A stretch of DNA of 64,000 bases from Proteromonas lacertae (Eukaryota). Below the pieces are notes generated by a model. That model was not told the DNA's origin. It did no database searches and was given only the letters and a program-made list of their open reading frames with translations. Positions 1 through 12,079 of this stretch are shown one piece after another (position 1 is the first letter of the stretch; the number at the start of each line of letters is the position of its first letter). Location: positions 62,001 through 126,000 of the forward strand of contig NGBS01000014.1 of assembly GCA_002245135.1 (NCBI GenBank). Reading direction: 5' to 3'. Made by a program: the position numbers and the translations under genes.

Positions 1-553
1 CCATTAAACACAATAGCCACTAGTTATTATTTCTCTGTATTATTCTTTTTTTCTTATAAATTCAGGGAGAATTTGAATCTTCAATTCCATTCTTTGAATC
101 GTTAATGAAACTAACAAAGAATGAAAAAGACATTATGAAATATGAAAGACTTCTGAGTGAATGTTATTATAAAATAGTATATAATATATAATCCTTATTT
201 GATGTAATAGAATGAATATGAAAAATCAATTCCTTATCTATTATCTTTATCCAAAACAGCAGATAATAAAAGTGATAAATATTATTCAAATTTTAATTTA
301 GGATTATGTTATAAAAGTAATAAGCCAAAAGAAGCAATTCCATATTTCGAAAAGAGTCTGATATACTCTTCATCTGATGAAGAGAAATGCAGAATATACA
401 TATGTTTAGGAGACTGTTACAAAGCAATAGTATAGTAACTAATTTGTTATAATATAGGGAAATGATGAGAAAGCAAATGAATATTTCTTTAGGTGTGAAA
501 AAAATGAATGTAATAATAAAGAGGAACAATCAGATGAATTAATAGGGATTTAA
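1..553 (+). CDS. TPR-repeat protein, 3' part (runs off left edge)
   Basis: Removing three GT-AG introns (first is 37-65) gives PLNTIATSYYFSGEFESSIPFFESL...NLGLCYKSNKPKEAIPYFEKSL...CLGDCYKAIGNDEKANEYF, typical TPR helices. TAA at 551-553. Missed by the ORF track. Confidence 0.75.
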
Positions 554-657
554 TCAAGTATATCAAACGTTTTTATGAAAGAAATATTCTAATTATTCAT
601 AATATGTTATTATAATTGTTTTAATCATTGAAAATAATGAATAAACTAATTATTCAG

Positions 658-1749
658 TTAATGAAACATTCGAAAATCTAAAATACCTTCAGGTTTAGTT
701 TTTAAAATATCATCTATCTCTTTCATTACATCATCAGTCAATTTTGGTAATATTTCTAAACATTTTAAATTTTCCTCAAGTTGTTCTTTCTTTGTTGCTC
801 CTAATAACATCACATTTACATTCTTATTCTTTAATACCCATGCTAAATTCAATAAACTCAAACTACATCCCAACTTATCACTCACTTTCTTCAATTCTAT
901 CAAAGCAATGTTCAATTCATCTAAGGATTTAAATGGAGTATCTTTTAAAACCATTCCATTCAAGAGATTCTCCATTCCAGGTAAATCTAATCTACTTCCT
1001 TTTGGTATTCCATTAATGTATTTTCCACTTAATACTCCACTTGATAATGGAGACCAAATTGTCAAACCAAGTTTATCACTTTCATATAAATAGCTAAACT
1101 CTTTTTCTACTTTTGTACGATGTATTGAGTTGTATTGTGGTTGTTCAACCACTGGACCAATTAAACCTAAACGATGACTTATCTCTTACACTTAAATTAA
1201 AGAATATAAATATTATATTGTTAAAAAGAAAAATGATATAATTGCTCTAGTGATTTGATCAGCACTCCATTCACTAGTTCCCCAATATAAAGCCATTCCT
1301 TTGTTAATTACATAATCAAATGCTCTTACTATCTCTTCAACTGGAGTAAATTTATCAGGTCTATGGCAGAATACTACATCTACATATTCTAAATCCAATC
1401 TATCTAATGAAGCTGTTAAGCCTTCTACTATATGTTTTCTGGATAAACCACTCTCATTTACATATCTTTTCTCACCTTTACCAACTGGACTCCAGAATAA
1501 TTTAGTTGATACAACATAACCACTTCTTCTCACTCCTAATTGTTTTAATGCTTTACCTAATATCTCTTCAGATTTACCATCACCATAGATTTCGGCAGTG
1601 TCAAAGAAATTTATTCCACTTTCAAAGGCTTTCTTCACTAATTCACTGCCTAATTCTTCATTAACTTGAACTCCAAAGACAAAAGTACCAAAACCAACTT
1701 TTGATACTTTTAAACCTGTATTTCCCAAGAAATTATACTCCATTTCCAT
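658..1749 (-). CDS. Aldo-keto reductase, Kv-channel beta-subunit (KCNAB/KAB1) family, 2 exons
   Basis: Motifs LGNTGLKVS, FFDTAEIYG, STKLFW, GLSRKHIVEG, YWGTSEWSA, VEQPQY, WSPLSSGVLSGKY. Exons are joined by the non-canonical intron 1239-1186. Confidence 0.92.
1186..1239 (-). other. Putative U12-type (minor) intron, AT-AA termini, 54 nt
   Basis: Donor ATATCATTT, branch-like TTCTTTAAT about 11 nt before ...GTGTAA|GAG. It holds an in-frame TAA and no GT donor is available. Splicing restores ITRAIEISHRLGLIGPVVEQ. Confidence 0.7.
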
Positions 1750-2221
1750 TAATTATCAAAAGATAAAATCCAAATCTGAATATCTTGACAATTATTTTGA
1801 CAATTTCGGTTATACAATAAATATCTCAACAAAACACCTATGTGATAATATTATTTTCATTTATTAATCGCACATGTATTATACTTAATAATAAAACATT
1901 AAAATTATGATTTAAATCATCATAATATAAATAATCTCAAAACTTCTATTATATAACTAATTACTTGTATTAAATAAGATAATAGATTTAAATCAGTACC
2001 TGCATCTTTACTGAATATTACTGTTGCATATTTATTTCTTAATATGTCATTTCATAAATATTATTCATTTTCTTCTATCAATCATTTGGACACATCTTTA
2101 CATCATACTATATTTAAATAAAGAATATTTTCTAAAAAAGCGATCAAATGAATGAATAATGAAGAAAAATAAAAAGAAATGATTTGAAGGAATCAAACCT
2201 ACATTAATTATTAAAACCAAT

Positions 2222-3484
2222 ATGTCTTATGAATTAACTAGATTTGAGTTGTTAGTTCGATGCGTTTCATCTACTTGGATGATTAAAATTAACAAATACA
2301 TATCAAAAGATCAAACAGAAGAAGCAATAAACATTCTTACAAAAGAATATTCATTTTTATCATCAGAATATAGAGAAAATACAGACATTTTGGAGTATAA
2401 AGAGGATTATCATCCACCAGTACATTATTTTGAGAAATCATTTTCTTATTCAGAATATTGGGAAAATATAAGAAAGACAACAGGATTTAAATGTAATTAT
2501 ACATCTGAATATTTCATTTATGCAAAGAAAACAGAAAAAGTGAGTGTAGTAGTTGGAATTTATAATCACGGTATGGTTGATGGATTATCTTCTCTCAATT
2601 TATGTCATAAACTCTGTTTATATTTATCTGATCCTACAATAATCCCCAAATTCCATACTTATGTATCAGCTCAAAATCAAATGATAATACCGAAAAATGT
2701 GAAGTATATGAGTTATAATGTTGATAATAATTTACCTATCTTAACCTTACCAACCTATTTACATGAGTGTAAAGATCCAAACAAATTATATTATCGTGAT
2801 TATACTGGTTTAATTGGAAATGATGAATTAAAAGGAATATTGAAGTATAATCATGAAGTTAAATGTAGTTTCCAAGGTTTATTATGGATAGCAACATTAT
2901 TAAGTCAAATGAAGATGTATAATATAAATGATTTTTCAAAATATATTCGTTTTCATTCAATGGCAACTGCAAGAGGAAGAGTTGATTTTAATCCTCAAAT
3001 TTCAGAAGATGATATTACACGAAGTGGTTTTTATTCATATATTACCAAGAAAATTAGTAAGGAAGATAAGATTGTTGATATAGTTGTTGATTTAAGTAAA
3101 GAACTGCATAATGAATTAGAAAATAAACAGCAATTGTATGATTTCTTTATGTCTGATGATTATTCAAAATGTCCAAAGTATACTGTATCATGTTGTACAA
3201 TGGGTAAAAGACCTAATCAAAGACATTATGAAGGTAAATTTTCGTTTAATGTTCTGAATCAAAATTTCTTAGCAGCAGATATTATAAATGGGAAGAATAG
3301 TGGAATGAGATTGTTTTCTTTCACTGTTGATGGTGTTGGCTGTTATATTAGCAATAATTATGTTTACCCCAAATATACTGATGAAGAAATGAAGAACTAT
3401 GTTGAAGATATAATAAGGATGATGAAATATTGTGTAAAAGAAGGATATAGAAATGTTACTGTTGATGAATTGATGAATATATAA
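2222..3484 (+). CDS. CoA-dependent acyltransferase / condensation-domain-like protein, intronless
   Basis: 420-aa ORF with an HxxxDG motif (NHGMVDGLS), typical of the condensation, PapA5 and alcohol acetyltransferase fold. Confidence 0.6.
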   Translation: MSYELTRFELLVRCVSSTWMIKINKYISKDQTEEAINILTKEYSFLSSEYRENTDILEYKEDYHPPVHYFEKSFSYSEYWENIRKTTGFKCNYTSEYFIYAKKTEKVSVVVGIYNHGMVDGLSSLNLCHKLCLYLSDPTIIPKFHTYVSAQNQMIIPKNVKYMSYNVDNNLPILTLPTYLHECKDPNKLYYRDYTGLIGNDELKGILKYNHEVKCSFQGLLWIATLLSQMKMYNINDFSKYIRFHSMATARGRVDFNPQISEDDITRSGFYSYITKKISKEDKIVDIVVDLSKELHNELENKQQLYDFFMSDDYSKCPKYTVSCCTMGKRPNQRHYEGKFSFNVLNQNFLAADIINGKNSGMRLFSFTVDGVGCYISNNYVYPKYTDEEMKNYVEDIIRMMKYCVKEGYRNVTVDELMNI

Positions 3485-4025
3485 TGATTCTATTATATAT
3501 TTTTTGATTTTTGATTTTTATGATGGGATAATAATGTATATGTGTGGAAGATGAATAGATTTTTGGAAATAAAAATGAAAAATATTTACAATTCACTTCT
3601 AATTACTCTTAACTTATAATAATCATATATATTTCTGTCATTTAGTTACGATGAGAAACAGATAACAATTGGAGAGTAGTATATATATATTCTAATATAA
3701 CATATGGATATAAAGGAGAATGTAAATCTTTAACAAGCAATACAGGAGATGAATTATTATAATTTGATATTTAAATCGCCAAATCCACTCTCTACTAATT
3801 TTCTACACATTATATCACAATAAAAAGACATTCTATACCCATTTTCTTTTATTTCTTTATTAATTTTTAGCTTAAGCTAATTTCTAATATATAACCGTTA
3901 CATATGAAACGAATATATTTTTAATCATTGAATAAAAGTGATATAAAGCTTTTTGACATATTTCATCATATGAATATTCATGTTTGCTTATATATAAACT
4001 CAATAAAACAATAAACATAATAGAA

Positions 4026-6947
4026 TTACAAGTCATTATACATGTTATTAACTAATTGAAATTCAAACAATTCATGATATAATACTGGCGATAATTCATC
4101 TGAAAATCCAATTTCTCTATAAAAATTGATAAAATACACCATAATATATATATAATCATACATATTATCAGTTATTCTCTTTCCAGTTGTATCATTATAA
4201 TAATCCATCAACATTTTAGCATTATACTCTTTAATAGTCTCATTAAATTTATCCAACAAAATCTCATTAGAAAATGTCTTATTCTTTATCTTCTCTTTAT
4301 ACTCAATCACCTTTGGAGTAACATTTGGATCTTTATCAATTGACATTTTAATTATTCCACACAGAGAATCAGTTAAAGTCTTTGAATATTTCATCAATAT
4401 TTTCATTCTTTGTTCTCTTTCACGTTTATTGATATTATTATGTAATTTTGGTTTTAATTGTTGACAACATCCCATTATTGCTCTTTTAACTGATGTTTTA
4501 ATTTCTATTACATCATTTCCAATGTATTCCTTACCTGTTCCTTTAAATGGGATTTTTGTACTGACAATAGAGACAAATACATTCACTTTCTGAGTCTTTG
4601 GATCAATATAATATGATTTCCAATTGATATCTTTCATTGCAGTTTTATAACTCACATCTGCTCCTCCTTCAAATAATAATGGAATTCTGTTAGCAAATCG
4701 ATAGACGTTTAAACCTTCTTTTCCAGTTGATTTTCCACCTACAGCAACAGCTACTTCTACAATGAATGGATGACCTTCATAATATCCACCTTTATCAGCA
4801 CAAGTTGCTACTAGATCTGGTTCTATCTCCTTCAATATTCCTAATCGCAAATTATATTCACCAGCTGGAGATAAGCAATCTAATGGAGGGTTTGGAAACT
4901 TTAATTCGTGTAATAATTGCATTATTTGATGAATCTAAAATAAAATAATAGTTATAATATATTTATATACTCTCTTTGGTGTAAGTTCATCCACACTCAT
5001 ATCTTTACTATATTCACTTCCTAACTCATCTAAACATAATTAATATAATAATATATATATACTGATAATCTTTAATGCCATAGTAGGTGAAATACAGGAG
5101 AACTCCTGTGTCAATAATCTGTATAATGTTTTACAATTGGATTGTTCAATAATCGATTTGATTATATAATTATTAACACTACTTGGATGGTGTTTGATTG
5201 TCTTGGATGGCTCAGGCATATGATCTGATCTTCTCGCAAATTCCATTTTGAAACATCGACTTGGTTGATCACAAATGAATTGTAAATTCATATTGGCATA
5301 AGGAGTGATAATTGCTAATAATCTGAAATATTGAATAATTTTTGACTATAAAAAGTGTATTAATAAAAAAAAATGTTTATAAATATATACTCTTATTGAA
5401 GTCCAATTTCCACCAATTACTAACGATATTTCACTTCCTCTCCATTGTTCATTATTAATATATTGACTAGATAAAAATCATCATTAAGAAAAACAAAAAA
5501 AATATAAATTTATAAAATAATAATAGGATATATTTCAATATATTTGGTTCATTTGTATGTATATTAATATCCAACACAACATCTGATATTTTCAACGGAA
5601 ATTGTTTTGGTTTATCAGAATACCCTGTTTTTATAGAAATAGGCAAACCAGTACTCTTTTTCGACCAAATTAATGCCATTTTTGCACCTAAACCAAACTT
5701 GCCTCGACATTGTCTTACTCCATATTTACTTCCACTTAATACTCTACCAAACATATCGCCAATTTTACTGTGTTCCATTCCAATACCATTATCTTTAACA
5801 CTTAAACGATAATAATATGTTGTATTTCTACTGTTATTATTTTTTTTATCATCTGCTGAAGTATTATTGTCTTTATCATTTCTATTATTATTATTATTAT
5901 TATTTGTTGTTGTTGTAGCTGTTGAGTGATATAATGATTCGTCATTTCTTGTTAATGTCTTTATTCCTCTTAATTCATTGAATTGATCTGTTGTTAATTC
6001 TTCACTATAATAATAAAAAATAAAAATAAAGAAGAGTATATATAATACATTTTGATAGATATATCAGGTAATATTTGTATTGATTCAGTTGCATCTAAAG
6101 AATTCTCAACCATTTCTCTTATTGATGTATACAGTGCTTTACCTGCATTATCAAAACCAGCTATATTCTGATTCTCTGCAAAGAATTCAGCCGATGATTT
6201 ATATTTTACTTGTTCCTTTGAATAACCTTTTCTATTGGAAGTATTATTGATGGATAATATTTCATCATCATCATCATCAATATTATAATCATTTTCTTTT
6301 GATTTTTTCCCTCTATTTCCTCCTCTTTTTGTTTTGGTAGATAATGTAGTTGTTGATAATTTTCTTCCTTTTTTTGGCTTGGATGTTGTTTCTTCAAAAT
6401 TATCATCATCATCTTTTTCATTACTTTTATCTTCCTCTAAATCTTCTTCTTCTGATTTTTCATAATAATCATCTTCCTCTTCATTATAAACACTATTATT
6501 ATCATTAACTTCTTCATCTTCAGACAATTCAGATATTTTGGATTTTTTAGGAGCTCTTTTGGTAGTTACTGCCTTTTTGGTGGATGTTGTAGTGTTTTCA
6601 ACTTTTCTTTTAGATTTCCTTGGTGTGATTACCTCATAATCAAAATTATCATCGTTGTCACTCTCATTTTCAATAGCGTCATCTTCTTCATTATCACTTT
6701 CTTCTATATAACTACTTTTTCTAGTTCTAGAAGCTCTTGGTGACTTTCTTGTTTTTGAAGTATCTTTTTGGTTTGATTTTGGTTTCTTTGATTTATTTGT
6801 AGAGGTTACATCAAAATTTCTCTTTATAGGTTTTAACAACAGCTCATCTTCAGAATCACTTTCAATAACGTCCAAAATTTCATCATCTCCATCAGAACCT
6901 AGATCTTCATCATCTGAAAAAGTTTTATTCTTTTTCTTTAACGGCAT
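4026..6947 (-). CDS. TOP6B: DNA topoisomerase VI subunit B (plant-type), multi-exon
   Basis: SSAEFFAENQNIAGFDNAGKALYTSIREMVENSLDA, DNGIG, GRVLSGSKYG, GKFGLGAKMALIWSK, LSPAGEYNLRLGI, RFANRIPLLFEGGADV, STKIPFKGTGKEYI. At least five introns, one non-canonical. Confidence 0.95.
5471..5531 (-). other. Putative U12-type (minor) intron, AT-AT termini, 61 nt
   Basis: Donor T|ATATCCTATT, branch-like TTTTCTTAAT about 13 nt before ...TTTTAT|CT. No GT donor lies after the conserved LDINIHTNEP. Splicing gives EPNILKSSQYINNEQWRGSEI. Confidence 0.72.
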
Positions 6948-7044
6948 TACAATAAAAATTGATTCTAAAGGTTTGGAGCGAAAATTTTGGCAGTATTTTA
7001 AATGAAATTTATTACAAAAAATATTGTCGTTACATTTTATAAAA

Positions 7045-10000
7045 ATGCTGAATTTCTTTGTAAATGATGTATTGCTTTCAATATTACCATCTGATACTGA
7101 AGTATTTTATTGTTTTTATTTTTATAGATAAAAGAGAGAGTAGAAAAGAGTGAAAATGAGTTAGATTTAGTAATAGAACATCAAAATCTAACGAAAAAAG
7201 TTAAAATAATGAACGTTGTAGGAATTCAAAAAAAGACAATAATAAAATTCCAAGAGACCAACTCATTGCTGATAGATAGTCGTCTAACCTTCATTTACCC
7301 TTCTAAACTATATCAACAGAATAATTGCAGTGACTATGTGATAATGGTACGAGATTATTATAATGTTGATGTAGAAGAGGTAGTTTACACAAAATCCATG
7401 TCAAATAGTGATATTATTAGTGTAATATGTTCAATGTGTAATATATTGTTGGTATTGAATGAATATGGTTTAATGGTTTGTAATTTGAAGAGTAGTAATA
7501 TAATATATGAAGAAGATGGTGATGAAATAAAGTTATGTGATTTATGTTTGAATGTATTGAGAAAAGAAGAAGATATGAGATTGTATGATATTTGCTTCAA
7601 AAGCCCTGAAGAGTTGAATGGATTAGAATATGATGATAAAAGTGTAATTTGGTCAATTGGTTGTATATTATATGAAATGATTTTTAAGAAATTACCATTT
7701 AATGAAGATGATAATATCATCAAAACAAAAGATAATATCATGAAATGTAAATACAGTTATGATGTAGAATGTGATGAATTGATGAAAGAGATGATGGAAA
7801 GAATGTTGAAAGTGAAAAGTGAATATAGAATGAGTTTAAAAGATTTGAAAAAAGAAATGATAAAAATGAGTGAAGTTTTAAAGGATGATGAAGATAATTT
7901 AAAGATATGTGATGAAAGAAAAGAAACACTATATAATGATGATTATTTAATTGTTATACTTCCAATAGTTTATCCAATGAAATATTATATTAAGAGTGAT
8001 AAATGGAAAAACATTCGAGATAGATTAATAGAATCCTACAATAATAAACCAAATGAAAGAATATTATCAATATTGTTGATGATGAAATTGAACAAAGATT
8101 ATTATTCAATAAGACGGAAATTGAATTTTCAAATCCATCACCAATGTAAAGAGTTTTACTTATATAATCAACTTTGTTTGGATAAAAAGATATTTAATAT
8201 TTTATATTATGAAAATAGTGAAACAATTTTAGTTTATGGACATTGTATTTGTTTTTGTGTAGAAGGTTTGAATTATTTATTTAGAATATTGAAACTAATT
8301 AATCCTACCATACTTCATTTTTGTATAATTCTTATCCTTTTTATTTATTAGATATTGATATATCAATCCAATATCAATCATTATTTGGATCTTTATTTAC
8401 TCAATTATCTAATTTACATGAATTATACTTGTTTGATTGTAATTTTACTTCCTATTTCATTGAATCATTTATTAAATCAATTCCATTCATGAAATTGAAA
8501 TACTTAGATTTAACATGTATATATTATTCTATGTTACTTTTATGAAATAGCTAATCCAATTGGTACAAAAGGCTTCAAATTATTATTTCCATATTTACAT
8601 TTATTAATCAACAAAGAAAAAAATATATTGAATCTCAGAAAGATGAATTTAGATGATGAATCAATGATATTATTATCAGAAGAATTATATAAATATCCAA
8701 ATATTAAGAGAATAGATATTGTAGAAAATAGGAATATTCATTCAAAAGGATTAAAAGCCTTATTCTCCAAATTCCCTATATCAAAAATCCGATTTAATAT
8801 TAACAGAAGCAACAAAGAATTACTGATTGATGAAAATATTCCAGAATTGATTGAATACATAAAAGAAGGTTATTATAATGATAAATTGAATTTGAGTAAC
8901 TTAGAAATTGATGATGATATTATCAAATCATTCATTTCGTTAAGATCAAATGAATTGAGAAAAGTTAGAAAGTTAGATTTGAGTGGTATAGTTTGATATT
9001 TTTATATTATTTAGATAATAAACTAACATATAAAAGTGTTGAAATACTGATTAACAATTTATCTTCTTTTCCATATCTCAAAGAACTTCAAATATATGGA
9101 AATGAAATAGGAGATGAAGGAATGAAACTACTATCTCCAAATTTAGAAATATTGGTGTATGATGTTAAAGTTATTAATTGTTCTAGTATAATAAATATAA
9201 AATGATATTAATATCGAATAGAAATGGGATTATCTTCGATTGGGTTGAAATATTTGTTGAATGGCTTAAAGGATGTTATTATTACTTATTATAATTATCA
9301 TTATGATGGATGTATTAGATATTGTTATGAAAGTCATATTATTAGGATTCAATTGAACTTAAGTGATAATAATATTGATTCAGATGGAATAGAATATTTG
9401 AAGAATTATATGAAAGAAAATGATAATCTTGAAAGAATATTCATCTATGGTATGTCTATTATAATATTGTAATTATAATATTTTTTAATAGATAATCCAA
9501 TTGATAATAATGGATTTAAGTTGTTGTTAGAGGATTTTAAAAAACTAGATATAAATTTGAGTAATACATCGATAAATGATGAGAGTGTAATATTATTAAC
9601 AAATGAAATAGATTCAATTAAATATTGTGAAACAATAAATCTAAATAGAAATAACATAACAATGGATGGTTTGAAATCAATTTGTCAAAAATCATTAGAA
9701 AAATGGAATTATCCATTAATTGAAATGAAAAACTCATCATGGACAAATGAAGAATTGGAATATTATTTGGATTATTATAGTAAAAAGATAAGATATTATT
9801 ATAAGAGAGATTATGATTTTTCTAGTATATTATCTATATATTTAATGATATAGATATGAATTTGAATGATTCTCATATTTCAATAATAAAACAGATGAAT
9901 TATACCCAGCTTGATTTATCCAATAACAACATTACAAGTAAAGGATTTCAATCAATAAATCTATTAGCAAAGGATCTAGTAAATTTATCAATATTTAATA

Positions 10001-10412
10001 ATCCAATTGGAGATGAAGGAATAGAGACAATATGTATATATTTAGATAAATTTGTTGTTGATTATTCATTAAACCTTTCGAGTATTTGTATTAGTTTATA
10101 TATTGAATAGATATTGGAATGAGTGAAAAAGGATTAAATATGTTAATAGAAAGATTAAAAGATTATTATTCATTAAGAAAGATAGATATGTCAGGAAATG
10201 AATTAAGTGAAAGTGAATTAATAATAATGAAAGAAAGCGAAGAAGTTTTTGATTGTTTAGAAGAATTATCAATCACAGTAAAAGAGAATATAGATAAAAT
10301 AGAATTAAAATCATTTCTAGAAGCATTCTCAACAATTTCAAAAATAATACTAACTGGAATATCTGAAGAAGAAAAGAAAGAATTATCAACAGAATTCTTA
10401 AACATTGAATAA
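7045..10412 (+). CDS. Pseudokinase-LRR (RNI-like) protein, copy 1, 9 exons
   Basis: Kinase C-lobe (NLKSSNI, IKLCDLC, KSPEEL, IWSIGCILYEM) without HRD or DFG, followed by LRRs (LQIYGNEIGDEG, LNLSDNNIDSDG, LDLSNNNITSKG). Eight GT-AG introns keep the frame. Confidence 0.85.
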
Positions 10413-10550
10413 ATAGCTCTATTTTTACTCTTATTTGTGTATGATAGAGTCAATTTCATCATAAACCCAATTAGATTACACCATTTTCTTAAAAATATGA
10501 TTATCTCGACTGTTTTGATTGTACTCGATTGTTTAGATCAAAATTAAGAA

Positions 10551-11777
10551 ATGAGTGATAATGAGGAAAATGTATATAGTTTGTTTGTAAATATTATATG
10601 ATAGGATAATATAATTACAGAGGAGAATGATTTATCCAAAGAAATCCATGAATTGAAGAGTTTTATAAATCACTATTCTTCTATTGATTTGAATAATACA
10701 AAGAGTATCAATATTGACAGAGATGGTAAAACTATATCAACTGATGAAGAGAATGAAAAGACAGAGAAAGATTTGCAGAAGAGCGGTATTAGTGAAGTGA
10801 TAGATGAAAATTGTGTAATGAATTTCGAAATAGAAGATAGAATCAAAAATTATATTACAGAAATCTCTGTATTATGTAAAGAAGAAGATACAAACACTAC
10901 TTTACCTCCAGTCGTTGATTTAGATTCATTGAATGATGATGATGATGGTGATGATGATGAAAGTTTATATGATGTAGAAAACAGTCCATTAGTGATGTTA
11001 ATCAAATCAATATTGCCAATAAAGAATGAAAGAATGAGATACAAAAGTAATAACAGACTTGTTGAATTAAATAATATTGGAATATTACAAAAAGAAATAA
11101 ATAATTTAAAAATTCGAATGAAAGAATTATTATTAAGTCATAAAAGTCAATTAAGTGGTTTAGAAAGTGAAATAGAAATTCAAAATCGAATAATTAAACA
11201 TTATCATAGTAAAAGTGATAATAATGAATATATAAACAATATAGAAAGAGAAATCCGAGTGTTGAAACCAGAAAATGATTATTTGAAGATGAATATGAAA
11301 ATAGTATCCAATGAAATGAATGAATGGAAGATAAAATATATGAAATTGTTTAATGAAGTATTGAATAATTCATATTATTTTACTCCTTCTTTATTGCGAA
11401 ATGAAATGAATCAAATGATGGTAAAAGAAAAAGAAGAGTTATTGTTGAGTATGAAAAGTAAATTAGAATCAAAAGTAATAAATAAAAATGAAATGAAAAT
11501 AATAAAAGATGAAATAGAGAAAGAAAATAAAATAAAATGTAGATTAAATGAATTAGAAAATGAATATAAGAATGATATAATAGAATTGAGAAAATATTTA
11601 TTAGAGATGAAAGAAGATAGTGATGTATTGAAAGAAATAAGTGTCTTAAGAAGCAAACTAAAAGAATCGAAAGAAATAATCTTAAAACAGAAAGAATATA
11701 ATGAGAAAAAGCAATTGGAGAATGAAAAAGAAATAAGATGGTTGAGAAGTGAGATAGAAAAACTAAGAAATAAATAA
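10551..11777 (+). CDS. Coiled-coil protein of unknown function, 2 exons
   Basis: ATG at 10551, then a short GT-AG intron joins in frame to the 374-aa E/K-rich ORF. Confidence 0.65.
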
Positions 11778-12079
11778 ATTGATAATAAAACCTTAAAAAT
11801 GTAATTTTGATATAGTATAATTGCTAAATATATAGTTGTTATATTTTATAAAAGTACTGATAACAACATGTCACCCAAGAAATAATTCATTTTTTGTTTT
11901 ATTCCATAATATATCCGTTTCTTAATATCAGTTATGCTTTTAAATGAATGAAATATAAACAATGAAATATTGATACTCTTTATAATTTTAAGAAAAACAA
12001 TAATTAATTTATTAATCCCTAAATAAACAAATCTATTATATTATTCAATAATTATGTGTTAAACACTATACTATTTACA

